From Acidilobaceae archaeon (GTDB lineage: Archaea > Thermoproteota > Thermoprotei_A > Sulfolobales > Acidilobaceae): a stretch of DNA of 38,787 nucleotides. Below, piece after piece: positions 1-7,760 of this stretch. The notes under the pieces are model-generated. The model worked only from the letters and a program-made list of their open reading frames with translations, was not told the origin of the DNA and did no database searches. The stretch is taken from contig JAWBBK010000004.1 of NCBI GenBank assembly GCA_038824665.1, positions 77,779 through 116,565 of the forward strand, read 5' to 3'. A program made the translations under genes and the position numbers. Every line of letters starts with the position of its first letter. Within the stretch, counting starts at the first letter, position 1.

Positions 1-1
1 G

Positions 2-721
2 GCAAGAGCTGAGAGAGCTGTCGAGTTCTACTATGATTTGGTAGAACCGGTTATGAGACATCCAAGACATAGAGAGACCCTCTGTGGATGTATCTGCGAT
101 CTGGACCTCTGCTGGAGCTCCGCCATGATGTTGGAGGAGTTGAGTAGAGAGATAGAGAGAAGAAGAGTGTGTGTAGCTGGGCCTCTAGCGTTCAACTTAG
201 ACCTTAACCACTGTGATGTTATAGGAGCTCCTGAAGGAGGGCTACTTCCGCTTGTAGAAGCTGGAGTGAGACCTCTCTACGTTACTGGAGACCTCGACCT
301 CGACTCGAAGCTTCTCTCTCTGCTCTTCGAGATTCCCAGAGTTCTCTTAGTTCACATTCATGGAGACAACTTCTCGAAAGTGCTAGAGACCGTTAAGAAA
401 AGGTCTGTCAGTCTCTCTACCAAAATAGTTGTCACTACACAGGTCAGGACCTGTGGTTGTAGCATGTCTTTAGGAGGCTATACGGACGGAGACAGAGCTG
501 TTCTGCTACCTGTAGTTCTAGGAGCTAAAGAAGTAGTCGCTTATGGCTATGTTTTTAACAAGGCCAGCTTTCTTCACAAAGCCTCAGCTGTAGCTATAGA
601 CTATAAGAACTTGAAGCTCTCTTTAGCCTCAAGACTGATCAAGGAGATATCCGCAACGTATGGCTACACTTTGAGAGAGACCTCTGATGGAACTGTAGTT
701 TTGATGAGAACTGAGATTTAG
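2..721 (+). CDS. mptE: 6-hydroxymethyl-7,8-dihydropterin pyrophosphokinase MptE-like (DUF115) protein, probably 5'-truncated by the window edge
   Basis: The frame is open from base 2. Motifs VTGDLD, VHIHGDN, VTTQ and GGYTDGDRA match the MptE/DUF115 pattern. Confidence 0.75.
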   Translation, partial: ARAERAVEFYYDLVEPVMRHPRHRETLCGCICDLDLCWSSAMMLEELSREIERRRVCVAGPLAFNLDLNHCDVIGAPEGGLLPLVEAGVRPLYVTGDLDLDSKLLSLLFEIPRVLLVHIHGDNFSKVLETVKKRSVSLSTKIVVTTQVRTCGCSMSLGGYTDGDRAVLLPVVLGAKEVVAYGYVFNKASFLHKASAVAIDYKNLKLSLASRLIKEISATYGYTLRETSDGTVVLMRTEI

Positions 722-743
722 CCTCTGAAGCTCTCTATCGTTT

Positions 744-1555
744 TTGGAAAACTTTATGCTCTCTAAATCTGTAGCGGAGTTCTCTAGCCGTAGGTCTCTC
801 TCTGTTCCTCTAGATGTAAAACTGGAAAGAGTGAGAGCTATTTTCAGGACTTTTGGAGTTAGAGTGATAGGTGTAGTTGAAAGTTCGAAACTCGTAGGAA
901 TTATTAAGAGGTCCGACGTGATAAAGGTGACTGCAACCAAGACTGAGGCTTTAGCAAGAGATCTGGCCTCGCCTCCGAGAGCTGTTCTAGCTCCGGAAAC
1001 CACAACACTCAATGCTCTCGAGAAAGCGCTCTCTCTCGGAGAGTGGTATCTACCTGTCGTCGGAGGTCAGAAGTTCCTAGGCTTCTTCGGTCTAGAAGAC
1101 GCTATAGAGTCGTGTCTTGGAGCAGAAGTCTGTGCTCAGAAGCTAGAGGAGATGAGGCTAGAAGAAATAATGATCGAAGAGTATCCTAAAGTCTCACCAG
1201 AAGACCCTCTAGACTATGTGTGGAGGTTGCTTACTGACGAAGGCTATGTCAGTCTGCCAGTAGTAGACGAGAAAAGAGGATCGTGGGAATAGTGACTCAA
1301 TTCGATCTTATTAAAAAAGGCTACGCTAGAATACATGTAGAGTCTAGCGGAGGCCCAGCTAAAAGACCTAAGGTAAAGAGCGTCATGACGAGACCTTGTG
1401 TTTACTTATATCCTCAGAGTTCTGTAAAGGAGGCTGGAACACTGCTAATAACAAGAAACATCGCCGGAATTCTTATAGTGAAGGATGACGCTACAAGAGT
1501 TACACTAGGTTTCGTGACTAGAGCCGAAATCTCTAAAGTTATATTAAAAAGCTGA
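744..1555 (+). pseudogene. CBS-domain protein (two CBS pairs) split by a -1 frameshift near 1272-1280; pseudogene or sequencing error
   Basis: ORF 744..1292 ends ...LPVVDEKRGSWE*. The -1 frame reads KRIVGIVTQFDL, which completes the canonical CBS motif, and runs to a stop at 1555. Confidence 0.75.
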
Positions 1556-1612
1556 ACGGCAGTTCTTGTATAAAAACGTCTGAAGCTAGTTCTTAAAAAC
1601 GGTGCTAACGTT

Positions 1613-2596
1613 TTGAAAGCTCCTCGCCTACCTCCAGCTAGGATCTCAAAGCCTACCAGCTCGCCGCTACCCAAGTCCAGACCTGAAGGTATAAGATGGT
1701 TGAGAGCAAACGGGACTCCTAACTGGAGTCAGAGGCTATCTAGGTCTGAGGGAGCTATAGCCAAGCTCTCTTCAGTTCCCGCTATCACTGTGACCAAGAC
1801 CGCTACCTTGATGGAAGCTACTGAAATCATTTATAAGAAGAACGTCAGAGGGCTTGTCGTAGAACATCTTGGAAAACCTTTGGGCGTGCTTATGGCTACA
1901 GACCTGGTGAACTACTTAGGAGGAGGACCTCTTTACAATATAGTGAAAGAAAAACATGGAGACAACATATATGCTGCTCTCAGAGGAGAGTACGTAAAGA
2001 CTATAATGAACTCCTCTCCTGTCGTGGCTTACACGACTCAAAAGCTAGAAGAAGCGCTAGAAGTTATGATATCTAGAAGAATTGGATTCATGCCTGTAGT
2101 GGACGAGAAGGGAGACCTCTACGGAGTTCTGACAGAGCACGATATAGTAAAGTCCTTAGCTAGTCTTGAAGGACTTGCAGGAGTCTCTGTAGAGAGCGTT
2201 GCCACCAGCCCTATAGTAGCCGTTTCAGAGAGCGACCCTCTAGCAAAAGCTTTAGAACTTATGACTTACTACGGACTTAGGAGAGTCGTAGTCACTACCG
2301 ATGAAGGAAAGGTAGTTGGAGCTGTCACCGCTAAAAGCTATGTGGCGCTCTTCGGCTCTCATAGAGTTTTCAGAATGCTTCAAAGCTTTAGCCTAAAAGA
2401 AGTTCTGTCAATGTCTACTAAAGTAGCTATCGACCCTAGACATTCGTATATAGACGCTAGCGCCGATGTGGTAGAGGCTTGTAAACGCATGAACGAAAGC
2501 GGTCTCAGCTGGCTTTTGGCAGTTCGAGGAGATGAAGTGATTGGCATAGTGACAGAGAGAGATATCTTGATCGCTCTAGCTTTAGAAGAGGTGTAA
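1613..2596 (+). CDS. CBS-domain protein (four CBS motifs)
   Basis: Repeated CBS motifs: GFMPVVDEKGDLYGVLTEHDI, RRVVVTTDEGKVVGAVT, VIGIVTERDI. Confidence 0.9.
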   Translation: MKAPRLPPARISKPTSSPLPKSRPEGIRWLRANGTPNWSQRLSRSEGAIAKLSSVPAITVTKTATLMEATEIIYKKNVRGLVVEHLGKPLGVLMATDLVNYLGGGPLYNIVKEKHGDNIYAALRGEYVKTIMNSSPVVAYTTQKLEEALEVMISRRIGFMPVVDEKGDLYGVLTEHDIVKSLASLEGLAGVSVESVATSPIVAVSESDPLAKALELMTYYGLRRVVVTTDEGKVVGAVTAKSYVALFGSHRVFRMLQSFSLKEVLSMSTKVAIDPRHSYIDASADVVEACKRMNESGLSWLLAVRGDEVIGIVTERDILIALALEEV

Positions 2597-2600
2597 AACT

Positions 2601-3452
2601 ATGAGCACTGCACGTATTTCAACCTATATGTCTTCTCCGGTCTATGTAGTTAGACCTACGGACACGTTAGCTTACGCTAGGAATCTGATCCTAGAGAAAA
2701 GCGTGAGCAGACTAGTGGTAGTGAACAACGACTCTAAGCCTGTAGGAGTGCTCACAGTTTCCGATATAGCTAAAACTCTAATACTAGGTCCTGAGAGAGG
2801 TCTTGATGAGATCTTAGTTAGAGAGGTAATGAGCAAACCGCCTATCGTGATCGAGGAAACAAAAACTATCAAAACAGCAGCTAGACTGATGTTAAAACAT
2901 AAGATCGGAGGGCTTCCAGTAGTAAGTAAATCGGGAACACTTGTAGGTATAATAACGAGAACAGACTTGGTTAAAGCCTTCGCAGAAAGGTATGAAGGAG
3001 TATATCTAGTTAGAGACCTTATGAGGAAACGTTTCCCCGTTTTGAGAAAAAGTCACTCTATCTTCTATGCCGCTAAACTCATAGAAGCTGACATCTCTGG
3101 CAAAGCCGTAGTTCTTGACGAAGAGGGAAGGCCTATAGGAGTGGTGACGAAAAGAGACATAGCTTTCATGGAGCTATCTCTGCTCTCCAAGAGAGGAAAA
3201 GAAGGCTTCAGAAAGGTGAAGTCTAGTCATCCCGCTAAAGAAGAGATATCTTTAACTAGGTTTTACCTAGTTCCTCTAGTAGAAGAAGTGATGAGCAACG
3301 ATTTGGTAACAATCAGGACCGATGAGAGCGCAACAGAGGCAGCTAAAATCATGATAGAACGCGAGATCGGTTGTCTGCCTGTGGTAGATGATTCCGGAAG
3401 AGCTGTAGGTCTTTTAACTAAAATAGAGTTCCTCTACGCTATAGCGCTTTAA
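2601..3452 (+). CDS. CBS-domain protein (four CBS motifs)
   Basis: GGLPVVSKSGTLVGIITRTDL and GCLPVVDDSGRAVGLLTK; GAGGTG ribosome-binding site upstream. Confidence 0.9.
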   Translation: MSTARISTYMSSPVYVVRPTDTLAYARNLILEKSVSRLVVVNNDSKPVGVLTVSDIAKTLILGPERGLDEILVREVMSKPPIVIEETKTIKTAARLMLKHKIGGLPVVSKSGTLVGIITRTDLVKAFAERYEGVYLVRDLMRKRFPVLRKSHSIFYAAKLIEADISGKAVVLDEEGRPIGVVTKRDIAFMELSLLSKRGKEGFRKVKSSHPAKEEISLTRFYLVPLVEEVMSNDLVTIRTDESATEAAKIMIEREIGCLPVVDDSGRAVGLLTKIEFLYAIAL

Positions 3453-3489
3453 CTCCCTCTTTTTAAAGCCTTTCTAGTATCAACCACTT

Positions 3490-4290
3490 ATGGATAGAGT
3501 CTTGAAGTTCGTGATCATATGCGGACCTGCAGGCTCGGGTAAAAGCGTGCTAACTGGAGAGCTATCTGCACTGATAGAATCCTATGGAGCAGTTGTGGCT
3601 AGAGTGAACTTCGACCCCGCTGCTGAGTACACTCCATATGATCCCGACGTTGATATAAGACAGTACGTTATGGTAAGAGACCTTATGAAGAAAGGGCTAG
3701 GTCCCAACGGAGCTATCATAGCTGCTGTAGACTCGATGGTGAACCACGTATTCGATGTCAGAAAGGTGATTGAAGATATAAACCCCGACTATGTGATCGT
3801 AGATACGCCAGGTCAGATAGAACTCTTTGCATATAGACATGGAGGTCCCTTCGTATTTGAAGCCCTCACCTATGGATATCCCACTGTAGTCGTTTTCCTC
3901 ATGGACGCACTCTTCTTCACGAGCCCAGCTAACATGGTCTCGGTTTTTCTTTTAGCATCTAGTGTAGCCATGAGATTCAAAAAGCCTCAGATCAACGTGA
4001 TCAGCAAAGCAGATCTTATACCCCCAGAAAGACGTAGAGAGATCTTGGAAAAGCTAGGAGAAGAAGGCTTTCTGTCCTCTCTATCTGAAGAAATACAAGA
4101 TCATTTCACAAGGTCTCTAGCAACGAGATTAGCTGAAGCTCTTTACGAAAGTGGATTCGTCGGAGAGGTGATACCTGTATCGGTTGAAGATATGGAATCT
4201 TTAAGTAACCTTTATGCCAAGATCACTCAGATGTTGAGCGGAGGAGAGGAACATAAGTACTATGATATAACGAAGTCCGAGGATCTTTAA
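3490..4290 (+). CDS. GPN-loop GTPase (archaeal ATP/GTP-binding protein)
   Basis: P-loop GPAGSGKS, NFDPA, GLGPNGA (GPN loop), DTPGQIE, SKAD. Confidence 0.93.
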   Translation: MDRVLKFVIICGPAGSGKSVLTGELSALIESYGAVVARVNFDPAAEYTPYDPDVDIRQYVMVRDLMKKGLGPNGAIIAAVDSMVNHVFDVRKVIEDINPDYVIVDTPGQIELFAYRHGGPFVFEALTYGYPTVVVFLMDALFFTSPANMVSVFLLASSVAMRFKKPQINVISKADLIPPERRREILEKLGEEGFLSSLSEEIQDHFTRSLATRLAEALYESGFVGEVIPVSVEDMESLSNLYAKITQMLSGGEEHKYYDITKSEDL

Positions 4291-4293
4291 CCT

Positions 4294-4311
4294 ATAAGCT
4301 TATAAGCTTAT
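4294..4311. promoter_or_regulatory. 18-bp perfect palindrome containing a TATA-like TTATAA, upstream of the coiled-coil gene
   Basis: ATAAGCTTATAAGCTTAT is its own reverse complement and lies in the intergenic gap. Confidence 0.4.
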
Positions 4312-4356
4312 CCAGATAGGGTTCTTCAGGACCCAATAAAGTGTAAGATCATTGAA

Positions 4357-5313
4357 ATGGTGGTGAATTATAGGTTGAGTGAACATGAGTTCGCTGAGCC
4401 CAGCGAAGCTACGCTACTAGACCAGGTCTCAGAGCTACAAGAGACGATAATGGCGATGAGAGATGAGAGGAGGAAGCTGGTAGAGGAGGTAAAGAAGCTG
4501 AGAGATGAGAGGAGGAAGCTGGTAAGTGAGCGAAGAGTTCTCATAGAGAGGTTGAAAGAGATCAAGAAAGAGCTAACGGCCCTTCGGGAAGAATTTGTCA
4601 AACTGAGAGAAGAACGCGATAAGTTAAGGAAGGAGATAGAGATAAGGAGAGGAGAGCTGAAGATAGCTTCTCAGCTAGCTGAAAAGGAAGGAGAGGTAGC
4701 TCGAATAAGCTTGAAAAGACTCCAGAAGAGGCTAGAAGAACTCGAGTTCAAACAGATGACGAGTGTTCTAAGTCCTGAAGAAGAAAAGGAACTCGTTGAG
4801 CAAATAGCTAAGCTAGAGAACCTGATAATGAGAGTTAAGAGTGCCAGAAGGCACATAGTGTCTTTAGTAGAGTTTAAGGCTGATCTCAAAGCCTTAGTTC
4901 TCCAGCTTAAAGAGATGAACTCCAGACTCTCGGAATTGAGACAAAAGCTCGGAGGTCTGATAAACGAGAAGAACAGAATTCTAGAAGAACTTCGAAGCTA
5001 CAGTAACAAAATAGCAGAACTCTCAACTCAGATCGACAACATAAGCCAAGAAATAGACTCTAAGAACAAACAACTAGATGAACTCTACTCACGATACAGA
5101 GAGACTTTGTCTAAGCTTAGAGAGCTGAAGATCGCTAGAAAACTCAGGTTAACGCTAGAAGCTCTAGAAAAGAAGAGGAGGGAGGTCAAAGAAAAGGCTG
5201 AAAGAGGAGAGCCTCTTACGCTAGACGAGATGAAAATACTCTATGGAGAGCTTGACCTTGATTCTGAAGCCTCACCGCCTGCTCTCCGAGACCACTCTTC
5301 TACCACATCGTAG
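4357..5313 (+). CDS. Archaeal coiled-coil protein (COG1340-like)
   Basis: Long E/K/R/L heptad pattern, central LEFKQMTSVLSPEEEKELVEQI and C-terminal ERGEPLTLDEMKIL, both typical of this family. Confidence 0.8.
   Translation: MVVNYRLSEHEFAEPSEATLLDQVSELQETIMAMRDERRKLVEEVKKLRDERRKLVSERRVLIERLKEIKKELTALREEFVKLREERDKLRKEIEIRRGELKIASQLAEKEGEVARISLKRLQKRLEELEFKQMTSVLSPEEEKELVEQIAKLENLIMRVKSARRHIVSLVEFKADLKALVLQLKEMNSRLSELRQKLGGLINEKNRILEELRSYSNKIAELSTQIDNISQEIDSKNKQLDELYSRYRETLSKLRELKIARKLRLTLEALEKKRREVKEKAERGEPLTLDEMKILYGELDLDSEASPPALRDHSSTTS
4457..4524 (+). repeat. 26-bp exact direct repeat with 42-bp period inside the coiled-coil gene
   Basis: TGAGAGATGAGAGGAGGAAGCTGGTA at 4457-4482 and 4499-4524, encoding RDERRKLV twice. 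Confidence 0.9.
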
Positions 5314-5663
5314 CCGAAGAGCTCTTTGAGAGTCCTTCTACCTTCTTCAGATACTCTTAAAAGAGTCCAGGGTTTACTGAAGTCCAGCTCTACGTTAACC
5401 AGAGCGCCAGGTATCTTATCCTTAATTGCCTCTTCTACGAAATAAACTATAGACCCTGCGAGAGGGCATCCAATAGCTGTCATGGTCATGACTATCTTTA
5501 TCTCGGGCACCCCTTCCTCGCTCCTTCTTGCATGAACTTCGTAAATCAGACCTAGGTCGTATATGTTAACAGGTATCTCGGGGTCGTAGACTTCTCTAAG
5601 AGCTTCTACAACTCTTTCTAAGAGCTCTGGGTCTCCTACAAGCTTTACTCTAGCTTCTTTCAA
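5241..5663 (-). CDS. Metal-sulfur cluster assembly factor (DUF59/SufT/PaaD-like)
   Basis: EALREVYDPEIPVNIYDLGLIY and MTMTAIGCP motifs. Confidence 0.9.
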   Translation of the reverse strand: MKEARVKLVGDPELLERVVEALREVYDPEIPVNIYDLGLIYEVHARRSEEGVPEIKIVMTMTAIGCPLAGSIVYFVEEAIKDKIPGALVNVELDFSKPWTLLRVSEEGRRTLKELFGYDVVEEWSRRAGGEASESRSSSP

Positions 5664-5712
5664 AAGAACACCTCCAGCTCTCTTTTAGATTCCAAGTTTT
5701 TTTACTATTGTC

Positions 5713-7110
5713 TTACGAAGATCTCTTTTTCAGTGGAAGTATATACTCTTTCGGAGCTCTTGAGAACGGCTCTAAGTACTTCCTCAACGCTTTAGGTATA
5801 ACTACAGTTCCATCAGGTTCTTGATAGTTCTCGAGAATCGCAGTTATAGTCCTCGTAGAGGCTATTGCTGTGCTGTTCAGTGTATGGACATACTCTCTTA
5901 TCATTCCCTTCCTCCTGATTAGTCTTATCTTGAGTCTATACGCTTGCCAGTCAGTGCAGTTGCTAGCGCTGACCATCTCTCTATATCTCCCTTGAGCCGG
6001 CATCCAGACCTCGAGATCATACTTCTTGTATGCAGAAGCCCCCAAGTCTCCTGATGCGATCTTCACGACTCTATAAGGAAGTCCTAGACCTCGAAAGAGT
6101 TCTTTAGCGTTCTCGACTAGTTCTTCAAGAAGCCTCTCGCTGTCTTCGGGCTTAGAGAAGACAAACTGTTCTACCTTGTGAAACTGATGAACTCTGAAGA
6201 TCCCTTTAAGGTCTTTGTTACCTGCTCCTGCTTCTTTCCTGAAGCAGGGACTTATCCCAGCAAGCCTTATAGGAAGCTCATCATCGTATATCTCTGAGTC
6301 GTAGTAGAGAGCCGCAAGAGAGTGTTCAGCTGTAGCTATAAGATAGAGGTCTTCGTCTTCTATCTTGTATATCGCGTCTTTAAAGGTAGCTAAGTCTATG
6401 ACTCCTGAGAGGACTTTATGTCTTAACATATAAGGCGGGAGAACCAGCTTGTAACCTTTTTGAGTGAGGAAGTCTATAGCGTAGAGGAGAAGAGCGAAGT
6501 CTAGCCAGACTAGATCGTCGAAGAGATAGTAGAACCTTGAGCCAGCGACTTCTCCTGCTTTTTTCGTATCACCTAGACCTAAGACCTCTTCAAGCATGTC
6601 AGCGTGACCTAAAGGCTTCCAATTTATAGGTTCGTAATCGACTTTGAAGCCATATCTTTCCGTTTGTTCTTTAAACGCTTCTAGATGTCCAACCCAAACC
6701 TTAGGTCTTCCCCAGAACTCAATCGGAAGGTTAGCTGTTTCATCGCCTACAGGAACGTCATCTGCTACCAGGTTCGGAAGAGCTAGAAGTAGCTCTTCTC
6801 TTTTAGCTTCACTATCTTTTAGTCTGGCCTCGAGAGTTTCGATCTCCTTCAAGATCTCTTTAGCTTCGTTTTTAAGTCTCTCCCTTTCTTCTTCGCTTTG
6901 CGCTGTTGCAATCCTTCTTGTTATCTCGTTGTGTTTACGTCTGACCTCGTTTACCTTGGTCTGGAGCCATCTCCACTCTTTATCTACTGCCAAGACCTCA
7001 TCAACGACCTTGGGGTCCATGAGCCTTTTTGTTACATGCTTCTTCAGCTCTTCTGGACTTTTCCTCAACAGCTCCAAGACGCTCCAAGTAGAAGGCAAAC
7101 CCAACCCCAA
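5713..7110 (-). CDS. serS: Serine--tRNA ligase
   Basis: N-terminal coiled-coil arm, LIATAEH, CFRKEAG...[40 protein letters not shown]. Confidence 0.97.
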   Translation of the reverse strand: MGLGLPSTWSVLELLRKSPEELKKHVTKRLMDPKVVDEVLAVDKEWRWLQTKVNEVRRKHNEITRRIATAQSEEERERLKNEAKEILKEIETLEARLKDSEAKREELLLALPNLVADDVPVGDETANLPIEFWGRPKVWVGHLEAFKEQTERYGFKVDYEPINWKPLGHADMLEEVLGLGDTKKAGEVAGSRFYYLFDDLVWLDFALLLYAIDFLTQKGYKLVLPPYMLRHKVLSGVIDLATFKDAIYKIEDEDLYLIATAEHSLAALYYDSEIYDDELPIRLAGISPCFRKEAGAGNKDLKGIFRVHQFHKVEQFVFSKPEDSERLLEELVENAKELFRGLGLPYRVVKIASGDLGASAYKKYDLEVWMPAQGRYREMVSASNCTDWQAYRLKIRLIRRKGMIREYVHTLNSTAIASTRTITAILENYQEPDGTVVIPKALRKYLEPFSRAPKEYILPLKKRSS

Positions 7111-7148
7111 CGAGAAGTTTGAAGAAGGCTAGAGTTAAATTTTAGCCA

Positions 7149-7204
7149 CGGTCAGATTGTGGTCCACTCATCACTGTTCTGACTGGCTAGGATTCTTCAT
7201 CCCC
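7149..7204 (-). ncRNA. Archaeal box C/D methylation-guide sRNA
   Basis: Minus strand reads C box AUGAAGA (7200-7194), 12-nt guide, D' CAGA (7181-7178), 3-nt loop, C' GUGAUGA (7174-7168), 12-nt guide, D box CUGA (7155-7152). Short CGG/CCG terminal stem; TATA-like TTTAAG about 25 nt upstream. Confidence 0.88.
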
Positions 7205-7244
7205 GAGAGTTCTCAGCCCCAGTCCTTAAAGCTAGCGATAAGCT

Positions 7245-7718
7245 TCAGCGTTTAAGCTGACCTCTCTCAAGTCTCCTTTTAACCTCTTCTTCTGCCTCTC
7301 TCAACACCCTTTCTGCATCCTCTTCTAGAGCATCTTGAAAAGCATTCGGAAAGAGATCGGGGGCCATAGACTTAGAGATTTCCGCTAACTCTCCCCATAT
7401 AGTGAGAGCTTCATGTTGAAGAGAAGGCGGTAGGCCTCGCTTTAACTTGTAGAGAGCAATAGCGAAAACTGTAAGCGATTCTGCAATAGCCTCTGAAGCT
7501 ATTCCTGTATAGATCGCTGTCTCAAGTCTCAAAGCAACTCTCTCCAAAACCTCTGAGAGGGTTTCTAATTTGACAGCGTAATCTTTAGACTCCGCTGGGT
7601 TCGGTCTACTCATAGCTATCCTTATCTTCAGCTGTAGAGCTCTGATCTTCGAAAGGGCCTCGATGCTGGCTACCTTCCAGTTCTTCAAACTACTCCCGAT
7701 AGAGTTTGCTTCAGACAA
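7245..7718 (-). CDS. Helical protein resembling a shortened crenarchaeal ESCRT-III (CdvB-family) paralog
   Basis: LERVALRLETAI and C-terminal EEDAERVLREAEEEVKRRL resemble CdvB signature segments as recalled, not searched. Confidence 0.5.
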   Translation of the reverse strand: MSEANSIGSSLKNWKVASIEALSKIRALQLKIRIAMSRPNPAESKDYAVKLETLSEVLERVALRLETAIYTGIASEAIAESLTVFAIALYKLKRGLPPSLQHEALTIWGELAEISKSMAPDLFPNAFQDALEEDAERVLREAEEEVKRRLERGQLKR

Positions 7719-7760
7719 ACTAAATGAGGAGAGAAAGTCTCGAAGTCTTTACAGCAAAAG

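Noticed and set aside
1290-1292. TAG read-through (pyrrolysine-type recoding) in the CBS gene
   Set aside because: The continuation is in the -1 frame, so read-through would not restore the protein.
1551-1601. Imperfect direct repeat (AGTTCTT...TAAAAACG) between CBS genes
   Set aside because: Short, gapped and AT-rich; most simply explained as promoter sequence.
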